64,000 nt of DNA from assembly GCA_051362555.1 (NCBI GenBank), contig CM120641.1:8308001-8372000 (forward strand), read 5' to 3'. This DNA comes from Lingula anatina. Lineage: Eukaryota > Animalia > Brachiopoda. Shown here piece after piece: positions 12,746-24,927 of this stretch. Made by a program: the position numbers and the translations under genes. The stretch's first letter is position 1. Every line of letters begins with the position of its first letter. The notes beneath the pieces were generated by a model. It was not told where the DNA came from. It was given only the letters and a program-made list of their open reading frames with translations, and made no database searches.

Positions 12746-14004
12746 AAATTCTGTTAAAAATCACACATATTTGGGAAAAACATGGTTGTGGTTTGAAAAA
12801 GATGTGGAATATAAATTTCTGAGAATGTTCACCCATCCTTCTTAAGACTGTGCCATCTCCCCAATCATGGTAGAATTTTTCAAATCTTTTGCTAAGCTTA
12901 ACACTGGATATGTTCTAACACAGGCTACTAATCTGAACCATTGCCTTTAAACTAACCAGTTATTAACTGTAGTAAAATGATTTCTGTGTAAATGTCATAA
13001 ATATTATGCTCTAATTTGGCTGACAAGACTCTGCTACATATTAAGTAATTCATATTAACAATTACTATTATTTGGCTTAATTGTTCAATACATTCTCAAT
13101 TTCTGTACATAAGGTTACTGATTACTAGGTCTAAGGGATTTGGATGAACACAAAACACTATAATTTACATCAACTGTTACAGTTTCAATACTCTGCAGTT
13201 CAATAACCAATATTCCATAATTGATAAGCTCAGCTTAATGGAGATCAATAATCTGAGGTAACCGACTTAGGTCAACTAAGTAGTAAATATATTCATACAC
13301 ACCTCAATGCTCTGCAAACAGACATAAATAGACTCTGTTTAATGGCATTGAGAGTGGAAAGAAGTTAATTTGAACAGTATCACTAAGACTCTGGATAGAC
13401 AGCTATCTGATGGATGTCAGGTTGTAAAATTATGACGGTAGATCCCTTTGTTCACATAAAAATTCAAAGTACTTACAATACAAGATTTCAGTACAAATTC
13501 ATTAATCTGGGCCTAAGTGTGCATTGCTTAATTTTGATCAATCATTTTACTAGAAGTTAGTTACTAGTATATTGCTCAATAAGATATAATACAAAAGCTT
13601 AATATATCAATGAAGCACATGTTCAACATGATGCTTTTGCTCAAAACAAAATTGTTTCACATAAAAATATTAACTTCATAGATTCAGAGACTTGTAAATG
13701 AATGCTAACAGACACTAATCCAATTAGTAGGTCTTATTTAAACATGCAATGTTTGTAGAAAAAAATTCCAGAAATCAATTTGGAGCACAAGTTTGAAAAC
13801 TGAAAGAAATGGGCAACCAATCAACTTATCTTTAAAACCATTATCAACACATATCACTTGTTCTACAAGAGACTCTTATAACATGGTGATGACACATGGT
13901 AATTTATAAGACCTAAGCCTCTACTGAACACTTAGTCACACTATTTGAGTTTATTTTTTGTTGTTAAAACTTGTTCTTTTACTTTAAGGTAGAAGCAGTT
14001 AGTA

Positions 14005-14262
14005 GACTGTGCTCAGATTAAAAGTTATCAGTCTAGCAAGATGGATCTATCTCTTCAAGGGTTCTTGCTTAAGTACACTCAATGTAATGAGCTTAATTGT
14101 CTGGTCTGCCCCCTTCAGAAGCTAGGGGGTAAATATCTTTCGTAGCTTCTGGAGGGGGTGTGCCAGACAATTAAGTTGATGACATTGAATGCACTTAAGC
14201 AAGGATTCCCGCAAAGATAGCTCGATCCTGCTGGACCGATAACTTTTAATCTGAACACAGCC
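14005..14262. mobile_element. Diverged full-palindrome fold-back element (family A relative) in the klu 3'UTR
   Basis: ~120-bp arms pair end to end (CTGTGCTCAGATTAAAAGTTATC / GATAACTTTTAATCTGAACACAG); loop GGGGGTAAATATCTTTCG. Confidence 0.75.
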
Positions 14263-14995
14263 TTAGAGTTAAATAACACTAGTGGCAAAAGAATATAACC
14301 ACTGCTCTGACTGATGCAACCTTAGCATAAAGGTATCATATGACTTATTAACTAATCTCAATATTTTTCTTCTAGCACTACAACAGAAATATATATAATA
14401 CAGGAGTGAACCAATATATGACTAGAGCCCTCAGAAGAGATGTAACAAAATATACAGGCAAAATTGTTTGGAGAAGAAAAAACCATAAACACTAGTAAAT
14501 TGTGATGTTATGTAGAGAAGGTTCCCATGAATAGGTTAAAACGATATTCTATTTATATTCCAAATATATAAGTTTACATCATATATATATATAAATTAAG
14601 ATCTCAATAAGAACAAGAAGACAGTTATAAACTTCTATAACTGAGGAAAATCAGTAAAAATACTATCAACTATGGTAATAAAAGTCATCAAGTTACAAGT
14701 TTGAAGAATGTGACTTTACAAAGGAAAAAATAGTCACTTCTACAAATCAGTGGCCCTGCCACACAATTAACTTCTACCCTGCAGAAGACAGTCTGTACTG
14801 GCAGTTCCAGACTGTAGACCTTCTGCCACTCTTTTCTCCAACTCATTTGTACAATGCAGATATACTGCAAAGCACTTTCGAAAAACAATGAGAAATGCTT
14901 GCAGCTTTGTGAAATAAAATCATTCTCCAATTTCACCTTTTTAAAAACCTGACTAATGAAAAATATTAAGATTGGTTTATAAACACCAACTTTCA

Positions 14996-17900
14996 TTAAG
15001 TTAAAGGATCGTCTAGACTAGTCACAGATAAATTCCACAACTTTTTCACATCAGGATCTGAAGAAACACTTCCAGCACTAGTGAGAGAGGTTTGCAGTGT
15101 GTCTGAGGAATCGTCAAGGTCTTTACTTCCTGAGCTTGTGACTGACCAACGGCTAAATTTGTGTCCACCTGTAGGCCGCACTGGACTGAATGGAGAAGAC
15201 TCCATACTTTCTGTGCTGGCTGAGGACCACTTGCGTAGTCTTTCTCGAGGTGTTAAAAGTTCAACCCCTTCTGAGGAAACAGAAGACCATCCCCGGGAAA
15301 GAGGGACGTTAACATGAGATTCAGTGCTCTCCACACTGGCAGAGGACCATTGGTGCAATGCATGTGGACTGTGATACTCCATGCTCTCTGTGCTTGTTAA
15401 TGACAAGTGACGGCTCTTCCCATCAGAATCTAAACTATCCAGACTGGTTAAAGAGGACCCTGAGGGCATCCGCGGCTTACTGATGCTCTCTGACCTATCT
15501 GGACTTGGACTTAGCCCTGCTGCCTCAGGAGAGTCTGTGCTGCTGCCTTGAGATGGAGATCGAGCAGAGTCCACAGATAAGGAGCCCTGAGAAAGGGAAC
15601 TACTGTTAGAAGACGAAAGTTTGCCTCCTCTAGGATGCTTGCGATGTATGCGCATGTGGCGGGTGATCATGTCTCGGCGACAAGCTGCATAAGGGCACTG
15701 TGGGCATTTGTACGGTTTCTCTCCAGTATGTGTGCGTTGATGTGTATTTAAGTGGTCACTCCGACTGAATACCTGGCCACACACTTTGCACTCATATGGC
15801 TTGATTCCAGTGTGGAGGCGCATGTGACGTGTCAACATATCACTTCGTGAAAATGCACGATTACAAACTTTACAATAATGCAACTTGCTCTCCACGCCCA
15901 TTTTCACCGACCTCACAGTCTCTGTTGGTAAATGTTTGGCCATGTGTTTGGCCAGGTTGTCATATCCAGAAAAACCTTGGCCACACAATGGGCAAAGATA
16001 ACCAATCTCCTTCTCTTTATCAGTCATTTCTGCTCTCTGTTTTTCTACCATCTCAGCTAGGCTGGGTGGGCAATAATTAGCTAGGTTAGACGGAGGTGGG
16101 AAACAAAAGAACATGCTACTGTCCTGCAGAGCTGGGGGTGCTGACTGGGGAAAATGGGGACTCATTACACCAGGGCTGAAGGGGGAGAAAGGAGGGGGGT
16201 CAAGGGTAATCACAGGGGTGCGGCCTGGCTCATTTAATTCAGGTGGGGTAATTTTTATGGAGGGCACCCCTGCAGATATTCTTTTACTGGCCCCCTCCCT
16301 CCGAGTAACCGAGGACTCCCCTCTGTTGCTCTGTGGTGGTGGACTGGGTGGGGCTGGTGGATAAGGTTCCAGTAACTGAGGGTGTCCTGCATCATCAAGG
16401 TCAATACATCGACCATGAATCATACGTCTACGATCACAAATAGGTGCATCTGTATAACTCGTCCCGTGCTCCGAATATCTCCTTGGCTTGGGTCCTGTAT
16501 GAGGGGCATTAATAAAAGAGGAGTAAAAAGCCCTCATTTGCCAGTCTAGAATGTTTTGATATGAGTTCAGTTCTAGTGGATATTCAGTTTTTATTTGAGC
16601 TGATGGCAGCTGCAGGCCGCCATCTTCAGAGTCTATGCTCATGCTACGAGGAAATACATCATGCTTTTCATCAACACTCATTTGTCTGGGAGGTGAGTGT
16701 GGTGGAGAGTCCTTCTTTTCATCTATGCTCATGCTGCGGTGACGTGGTTCACTCCCTTTTTCCTCAGACTCAGTGCGTTCAGGAGGTGGAGAGTCCTTGT
16801 CATCAATGCTCATACTGCGAGGGTAGTTTAAACGCTGTTGATGCTGTGATTGTGATGCCAGTTCCCCTGCTGCCTCCTCCTCTACTTCATCTTGACGCAC
16901 CAAGCGCCGTCGTCCTCTCCCACTCCCAGGTCTATCTAAGGACTCCTGGCTCTCTTTCGAACTATCATTGTCACCTTCACTTTCCACACTCAAAGACTTG
17001 TGACTAGAAAGATCTAAGGGTTCCTGTTGTTCAAAAGAGTCCATGGTTTCTTTTAAATGTTGCTGTGGTGGAGAAGAGACATCCATTTTGTCTGAACTCT
17101 CCCCACGAGACAGTTTATGCTCAATCACAGAAGATAAATCTGATTTAACAGAGTCTGTGCTCTTAGTAGAGTTCAGTTTTTCAGTTGAGTCTGCCTGACT
17201 GTGTAAATACCTGGCTTGCAAATACTTTTTGAAACTACGATTGAGTAAGTTTTGCTGTTTTTTCCAGTTTTCTTTAAATGCTTCTCTCTTGGATTCTGTG
17301 TCAATTCCTGTGCGCTCAGAGGGTTTTGTTTCTGTGCTGCCCAGTTGTTCATCAGTCTTTACAGGGTCGCTGTGAGGATGCTCTGGTTCATGGGCAGGGG
17401 CTGCGTCTCCCAATTCAGGCGAGCTACGATCTACAGAGTCTAAAGCCAGAGAAGACAAGTTTAAACTAGTACTCTTTTGAAGAGGTCCCTGCGAGTCTGT
17501 TACATTTGCTCTTTCTCCTCTCGGAGGTTGGAGATCTTTGATATGGGTCACATAACGCTGAGAATACTGTCCTGGTCTATAAGAACCAGACACAGTTTTA
17601 TCCGAATAATATTTCTTTAGAGCCTGTTCAAAATACCTAGAAGGGGCTGGATATGGGCGTTCTTGTGGTTTCAGAAAATGTTCTTCATTTTCTCCATGAA
17701 AAGAGTGAGACTTGACTGGAATATAAGTGCCTTTCCCAGTGGCTGGGTGCAAGAGATCCTGATTGTCAGCTGATCTGAAAATTGGCCGTGCTACATGCTG
17801 ATATCCAGAGTATGGAGAAAGAGAATGTGCTTTCGACTCCTGCTGCCGTATTGACTCCTCATACTCTGCAAATGAAGCACTTTTTAAGCCTAGCTTAACT

Positions 17901-18850
17901 GGTGTTAAGAACTTCTGCGCAAGTGCTTTTTCCTCCCCTACCTCACTGCGATAATTAGTGCTTGTTGTGCAATTGTCACTGGCAGCTGTTAAAGAACTAC
18001 TTTTTTCAACTTCACACATTCTTTCTGCCTGTTTTTCACTTTTCTCAGCACTCAGTTGACTCCTTTGTTCATTTAATTTTTTGACATTAGTCGTCTCTTT
18101 TTCATGTGTGTCACCTATGCGGTGAACCATCTGCTGTGTGTCCACGGTGTCACCTTGCCACATGTCAGCAGCAGCCTTCAATGTGGTGACCGCCTCCTCC
18201 ACATGTCCAGCCTTGTTAGTTTGACTGCTTGCAGCTGTGCTGGCCTCCCTGACCGCTGAACTCACAACGCTGTGACCACCTGGTGTACTTGACACAGCTT
18301 TGGACATGAGATTATCATGCTGATCTCCTCTGTCTGAGACATGTAGCTCTCTTGTTAAAGTCACCTTTGAGCCGAAGCTGGGGCCATATGCACTGCCCCT
18401 GACCAGGTGGCCTCGTCCACTCAATGGACTATCTGATGACTGACTACGGACTGTTTGTTTAAGCAAAAAGTCCACCTCACTCACAGGGGGGCGCATCTCG
18501 TAACTTTTACTACGTCCAGATATTGTACTGCGCTCTCCATGATGTTGAGGCAAAGTTAAAGAGTCTTCTTTCTTTTTCTCCTGGCTAATAAGAGGCTTGC
18601 TTCGTTGTTGCGGTCCAAGATTGGACTTGCTTATTTTCTTTTCATCATCAGTGGCCTTAGTGTCCACCACGACCAAGTGACCTTTGGTTACCTGCTGTGA
18701 CTGGTCATCATCATGTGTCTCCAACTCCTTTAGAGATTGCATTTTAGCTTCCTTCTCAAGTAGAGAAGATGACAACAGAGTCTGTTCTGATGGAGATGCT
18801 GAGGTTTTTTCAGCTTTTTTCTCCTGCTGTTGTTGAACTGCAGCCTCCAT
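14996..18850 (-). CDS. klu: Klumpfuss-like (EGR/WT1-class) four-finger C2H2 zinc-finger transcription factor, 1284 aa, single coding exon
   Basis: The finger block FSRSDMLTRHMRLHTGIKPYECKVCGQVFSRSDHLNTHQRTHTGEKPYKCPQCPYAACRRDMITRHMRIH matches the Klumpfuss array as I recall it, preceded by a spaced first finger (YLCPLCGQ...LAKHMAKH); fingers span ~15645-16001. CtBP-binding PLDLS at 17006-17020. Kozak-like AAAATGG start. Splice acceptor at 19034-19033. Confidence 0.88.
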   Translation of the reverse strand: MEAAVQQQQEKKAEKTSASPSEQTLLSSSLLEKEAKMQSLKELETHDDDQSQQVTKGHLVVVDTKATDDEKKISKSNLGPQQRSKPLISQEKKKEDSLTLPQHHGERSTISGRSKSYEMRPPVSEVDFLLKQTVRSQSSDSPLSGRGHLVRGSAYGPSFGSKVTLTRELHVSDRGDQHDNLMSKAVSSTPGGHSVVSSAVREASTAASSQTNKAGHVEEAVTTLKAAADMWQGDTVDTQQMVHRIGDTHEKETTNVKKLNEQRSQLSAEKSEKQAERMCEVEKSSSLTAASDNCTTSTNYRSEVGEEKALAQKFLTPVKLGLKSASFAEYEESIRQQESKAHSLSPYSGYQHVARPIFRSADNQDLLHPATGKGTYIPVKSHSFHGENEEHFLKPQERPYPAPSRYFEQALKKYYSDKTVSGSYRPGQYSQRYVTHIKDLQPPRGERANVTDSQGPLQKSTSLNLSSLALDSVDRSSPELGDAAPAHEPEHPHSDPVKTDEQLGSTETKPSERTGIDTESKREAFKENWKKQQNLLNRSFKKYLQARYLHSQADSTEKLNSTKSTDSVKSDLSSVIEHKLSRGESSDKMDVSSPPQQHLKETMDSFEQQEPLDLSSHKSLSVESEGDNDSSKESQESLDRPGSGRGRRRLVRQDEVEEEAAGELASQSQHQQRLNYPRSMSIDDKDSPPPERTESEEKGSEPRHRSMSIDEKKDSPPHSPPRQMSVDEKHDVFPRSMSIDSEDGGLQLPSAQIKTEYPLELNSYQNILDWQMRAFYSSFINAPHTGPKPRRYSEHGTSYTDAPICDRRRMIHGRCIDLDDAGHPQLLEPYPPAPPSPPPQSNRGESSVTRREGASKRISAGVPSIKITPPELNEPGRTPVITLDPPPFSPFSPGVMSPHFPQSAPPALQDSSMFFCFPPPSNLANYCPPSLAEMVEKQRAEMTDKEKEIGYLCPLCGQGFSGYDNLAKHMAKHLPTETVRSVKMGVESKLHYCKVCNRAFSRSDMLTRHMRLHTGIKPYECKVCGQVFSRSDHLNTHQRTHTGEKPYKCPQCPYAACRRDMITRHMRIHRKHPRGGKLSSSNSSSLSQGSLSVDSARSPSQGSSTDSPEAAGLSPSPDRSESISKPRMPSGSSLTSLDSLDSDGKSRHLSLTSTESMEYHSPHALHQWSSASVESTESHVNVPLSRGWSSVSSEGVELLTPRERLRKWSSASTESMESSPFSPVRPTGGHKFSRWSVTSSGSKDLDDSSDTLQTSLTSAGSVSSDPDVKKLWNLSVTSLDDPLT

Positions 18851-19059
18851 TTTTTTCTCAGAAAAAGAAAAGCTTGAAGTGGCCTAGGTTATAAAATTTT
18901 TATCATACACATTGTCTAGTTTTGGTTAAGTACTGATTTGTCTCTACTTTTCATCCATAGTTTTAAGTGATCAACTGGACATGTCACATCTTCATGTACT
19001 TGCTGGAATTACCATACACTGGGACATAACACCTGAAAACAAAAAAATAGATTTCTTTA

Positions 19060-20330
19060 CAACAAAATCGTGGGGAAAAGTAAAAGGTCAAATCCAAGAT
19101 TGCAGTAAGATTGTGAATATAAGTTCAGTAGTAAATATAAGAGCCTGAAAATTTGCAGTGCGGTTCATGGTGAAAGGTAGCTAGGTCAAAGGTCAAATTC
19201 AAAATCACAGTAATATGACCAAGTAGTACCTGTGATCATATTTCTAAATTTGCAAAGTGTAGTTTATGGTGAAAAGAAGGTTAAAGGTGAAATACAAGGT
19301 CATAGTAACATTGCCAATATGTGAGTTCTTATTCAAGTTCAATAGTAAATATGGGTTTAATATTATCTCTGTCAGTTTTGGAGATACAAGGGTCAGAAAA
19401 TTTATTAAGTGCAGTTCACCATGAAAAGTAGGTCAAAGATGAAATTCAAGGTCCCAGTAAGATTGCTAATACATGTTTTCCCATTTAAGTTCAATAGTAG
19501 CTATGGGCATATCTCTACCAGTTTTGGAGATATAAGGGTCAGAAAATTTGCAAAGTTCAGTTAATGGTAAAAAGTAGGTCAAAGGAAGTCAGTCAATATA
19601 TGAGTTCCTATTCAAGTTCAATAGTAACTATTGGCATGTCTCTACCAGTTTTGGAGATATAAGGGTCATAAAATTTGAAAAGTGCAGTTCATCATGAAAA
19701 GTAGGTCAAAGGTTAATTTCAAGGTCACAGCTAGTTTGCCAATATATGACTCCCTTTTCAAGTACAACAGTAACTATGAGTGTATCTCTGCTAATTTTGG
19801 AATATTTCACATTTTATTTTCACATTATTTTATTGTGACATTGAATTTTTTGATATAGCACAACTCCTAAACCATCTGGAAAACAAAAAAACAGACACCA
19901 CTTCCAGTACTGCGTATAATATGCAAAAAATAAGAGGTCTCTAGCATTTTCAGCTTCAGAATTAGAGAGAGTTGCATCGATTGACCTTAAAATCCCAAAG
20001 ATGAAAGATGACCCTATGTGTAACACCTGCCCATTATTTTAAAGGTTAGGTTTGTGTTGTTTTTAAAATTGGCACAAACAAAAAATCTTTTGAAGAAAAT
20101 TCCATTTTTAGAAAATTTTGACCCATTTGACTGCAATAAAGGTTAAAGGTCAAATCCAAGGGCATATACTTGGGATCTCCACATATGACTTACAGTCAAA
20201 CCTCTATAGTAATTTTTCCCATAATTCCTTCGGTTTAGGAGATATTTAACAAATTTTGCAAATTTTGCATTGCAATGAGTGCTACACCAAGACCAGCACA
20301 CTGACAGAGCCAAAAAATTTATGTTGATTG
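19060..20330. repeat. Degenerate ~125-145-bp tandem repeat rich in AGGTCAAAGGTCA, probably the internal array of a Helitron/Helentron-type element
   Basis: Recurring TTTTGGAGATATAAGGGTCAGAAAATTTG and AAAAGTAGGTCAAAGG at ~19380, 19525 and 19650. Confidence 0.7.
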
Positions 20331-21716
20331 GGTTTAATCTTATGTGTGACCTAAATCTAAGGGATGGTACACAGGCCCTTGTAGTCTAGGAGGAGAAGCG
20401 GTAATGGTGACATGGCAGTGGAGCTGGCAGAGGAGATGGGTACCCCCAGCACCTACGCTGGTAATACAATAACTCCAAATTAATACCAAACAAAGCCACT
20501 TAGCAAATTTGAAATAAAACAAAAATATGGTTTGGCACATGAGTGCAAAATGTCACCAAAATACATGAAAAAAATCAATAATATTTAACATAATAATTCA
20601 ATCAAGTTGATTTTGGAAAAGAACCTGTTTTTTTTCCTCAAGTATAACACAGAAAAACATTATATTAGTTTTTACAAAAAAAACTATAATAATAAATAAT
20701 AAAAAAAAAAGGACTCTACTTTGTTACCATATATAATGCTACTGACTGAACAATAAAACAACTTCCAACCCTTGTATTTAAGGTCAATACTGTATCAACA
20801 TATTCATCCTTTCTATCCAATGACTGTATTTAACAAATACACGCAAACATCAAATGCTTATACCACAAACTCTCATATCAATTGGTTTATATGCACCATG
20901 CTATGCTTTATAAATACATGCTACCACACTGCGGGGCACTAAAACTATATCTGATACAATAATTTTTTAAATACCTATGCTCAACTGGTTACACGTGCAA
21001 ACACACAAGATGCATGCATTTGCACACATGATGCATTCTGCAACATTAGCCACTGGTCTGATGTTTGCAGCCAATAAAATCTTGTGCAGACCAGTAGATT
21101 GTTCAGGAATGTGTAAATGTAGTGGTCTTACAATTATCACTTGGAAATAAAACAACTAACACAAAAAATACAAATAAATAAATATTAAGTTAATAAAGAG
21201 GAAAACCTCTTTCCCACAATAAAAACCAGCAAATTAAATACCACATATCTAATTTTTCTCCCCAATACACACACTTCTCCCTTTCCTTTTACCACATTGA
21301 ACCATCCTGAGAACCTACTCTGCCATTACTTTACCGTTTTAGAATATTATCACATCACATCCAAATGGTAAATAGCGAACACGAAATGCAAAATTTGGTA
21401 TGCTGGGTCAATTATAAACTACAATTTTCCTTTCAAAAATTTACAAGAATATTCAATTATAAATATTTTTAATTTGACCATAATGATAAATTGGCAAATA
21501 ATTACTGATAGTGTCAATTTTCCAAACAAAACAATTTTAAAAAACTGACATATCTGCGTGAGCATAGGCCAACAGATTATTTTACAATTCAGTAAAGAGA
21601 CAAGTCACATAAAACCAATTCATCTTATTTTATGCCATCTGCACTGATTAATTATACTTAATTAACTAACCCATCTGCTTCACACTGAAACAATACTAGC
21701 ACTGCCGGCTACTCAC

Positions 21717-21770
21717 CATGGATATGCAATCTGTGAATCCCATGTTCCTAGCACCAACAAGGATATTCAC
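21717..21770 (-). other. Candidate non-coding 5'UTR exon of the klu-like gene
   Basis: Acceptor tattttgttttgaatttcag and donor ATG|gtgagt; 54 nt. Confidence 0.45.
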
Positions 21771-24519
21771 CTGAAATTCAAAACAAAATATCAATAACAA
21801 TATATTAAAAAACATCATTAATGGGCCTCGTTTTTTCAAGCTATACAAAATAGAAAGCAGCAGAATCCACATCCTCTGAGAGGACAAGTGTGATGCACAC
21901 TTTCTAATCTCTCTCACCATTAGCGCTTATCCTCATCAACAAGTATTCTAAACAGTTTTACTTTGACTACCATGATAGTTGTCCACTGCCAATAACATGC
22001 TTATTAACAACGGGTATTTTCAGCATTTCAAAATGCACAGGTAACCCTGCACTGCATCTTATCCTACCTGACTGTGCATGTGTTTATGTATGGTGAGAGG
22101 GCCCTCGGCACATCTTATACTTGCTTCCCACTATATTTTCCCAGAACAAGGCACTAGCAACATATAAACCCACTCCATGGCAACCATGGCACAACACCCC
22201 TCAATTGGATCAAAGTAGAAAGCAAATCAGAAAGGATCATTGTCACTCATGTAGTGCAGTACTGTTAAATTTCACACATTTCCACTAATTCTTCCCTGGA
22301 ATTCTTGGGAAAAAAGAGGTATGATTTGACATACTTTTTTGTGTAATTACTTCTCCTGTATGCCTCTTTCTCTGAAAATGAACCTCTATTTTGCTAAATT
22401 GTTTGGATAACTGGGTAACATTTAATTTCAATGATTCTTTATTTCCATGAACTAATTAGTTAGTAAATGACTTTCCATGGTCTCCTCCTTCTCTTACCTG
22501 TTCACACCTACAATATTTCTCAACAAACTACTATTTTAATTCAAATGAAAGGGCAATTCTTTAGTTCAAAGAATTTAACAAAATGTCAGGAAAACATTCC
22601 AAGAAAATTGTGAACATAAATTGGATTTAGGCAATTTTTTTAATGTTGCTGTTGAGCATCTGGGGTAATATATAATTATCTTTCTTTTTTTAACCAGTAT
22701 AAATCAAAACACTTTTGCACATTTTTGTTCCCACTAACTTCTTCTCGTACAAAATCATATCTACTTGTAAAAAAGTACACTAAGACTTTCAACCAATCTA
22801 ATAAACAGTGAGAAAGGTCTACAATTTTTCTTTCTTGTTATCAAACAAATTTCTTGTATATCAGATTGCAACCAAGATTCCAGGAAAACAGGTAGTTCAA
22901 TGACCTTAGTCATTTATTATTGCAATGAAAGAAATAGAACTCTCCCTGGCATTACAATTAATTATAAATAAAGAAAGCCATCATGTTATTTGTGCACATT
23001 TGCTATTTCTTTGCACATATTTTATATGCAATTTCTAGTTTGAATAAGGTTCTTGAATCAGCATTCCAATATCATTAAAATAAGACAAAAACACATAATT
23101 TTAATTATTAATTACTTATTAATTATGAATAATTTATTTATTCCAATATGGTATAAAAATTATATAGTGAAAAGATAACAAAAACCTATTTGTAAAGGGG
23201 AGGGAGGGGCAGTAATTTTTTTTCCAGGTAACTTCCTAGAACATTTTGAAGGCCACAAACAATTAAGATTTATCTAAGAAAGATACAATTTTCTAACGTG
23301 GACATTATCACTTCAGTAAATGATATGTTTAGAAATGTTTTTTTTTTAACATACCAAGAATTTTGACCTCAGAACTGAAATTGCAATTTATTTATTTATT
23401 ATTTATTCATTTATTTATTTGGGGGGGGGGTTAAAGGGGTTCTTTAAGAAAATGGTGCTCAAGATGAGCAGGGAAAGAGCAGCAGATGATGACTAAGATA
23501 TCCTGTTTATCAGATCTGCTATGGATGTAATAAAAACTAATAATAAGGGGGAAAGTGCTAGCAATGTACTTAGTAATAAATAAATGGCTCTACCTCTATG
23601 TTGTTTTCACATCGAACAAGGTGTTTCTATCTTGTTATTAATTTAGTTTAAAGTGCAGTGTTGTGTATTAAGTAGACAAAACAGATAAATCATCTCTTCT
23701 TAGAGATTACAAATTAAAACTACAAATTAAAAACCTTCATTGCAATATTGTGATTTTAAAGTGAATGCCACAAGAGTTGTATAAGAGCTATTGGGTCAAA
23801 ATCTTAAGGTACCAGAGAAAATACCATGAGGTATCACAAAATGAAATGTATGGAATCAAACAAAAGAGTTTTGAGTTTAAATTTCAGTCTGTTTTTTTTT
23901 TATCTATTCAACATGTATAAATATTTATTTATATACATTAATGACAACAAAAAATCTTTATAATATAATGTCATCTTCAAAGAATTAACAGTATTTTTCT
24001 CCATAATTTTTTTTTCTTCAATTGGATAAAATTTAAAAAATATTACTATTTCAAAAATGAAAAAAAAAAAAAAAGAGAAAAATCCAAAGCCAAAGCAAAA
24101 CAAAAAAATCCTTCAAACTTCAAAGGGATGCACAGGAAGTAAGGAACCAAAAGAATATATTGGAAACTTCACTCTAAAACATAATAACTAGCCTAGTTTA
24201 TGGGCAAGATAGCCAGAAACACAATAGAGAATTCTTCAGGGAGGGCCTTTTTCAGCCAACTGTGATAGTATCACTTGACTACCATTTGTGTTGCTCCAAG
24301 TGTCCCCAGCATGGGATCATTTAGTTTGTCTTCAGTTTAAAGTATTGAAGCCATGTATGTTGTCCTATTGATATACATATACAAACATAAATGCATAAAT
24401 GACATCATACCAAGCAGCTGGGACATCCTCCCCATGTTAAAAAATCAACAGGACAGCTTGATGTTGTTCTATTCTTAAACTTATCTACATAAAGTGATGT
24501 CATACCCTTCTTAGCTTAC

Positions 24520-24663
24520 TGACAACTTCAAGATATCACAAAACTTACAGCAAATTCCATTTCCGAGAGTCTACTGGAACATTTCAGCCGAATCCTCACT
24601 GGGATCTTCAGATGGACAGCCATAGTGAACAAAACCGTTCCACCTCTTCAAGCAAACTGGAGT
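24520..24663 (-). other. Candidate non-coding 5'UTR exon of the klu-like gene
   Basis: Acceptor cttttttattctttcag; alternative donors gtaagt (24548) and gtaagc (24519). Confidence 0.35.
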
Positions 24664-24892
24664 CTGAAAGAATAAAAAAGTTCAAGGACTGTCATCTGAA
24701 CTTGAAAGAACTGTTTTCCTGCTGTGTAAAAAAGCTTAGATGACTGAAAAAATGATATAAATCTTCAGTCTCTCTGAAACAGAACAATATATTCATAAGT
24801 TATTGCAGCACTTGTAAAAGATGGAGAATTGTTGCAAAGATGAAACACATGAGTGGTCCAGCTTTTGCCTTTGAAACTTTTAAACTCATATA

Positions 24893-24927
<35 letters not shown>

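Noticed and set aside
15081-17469. Several + strand ORFs
   Set aside because: Antisense to the klu CDS with no recognisable domains.
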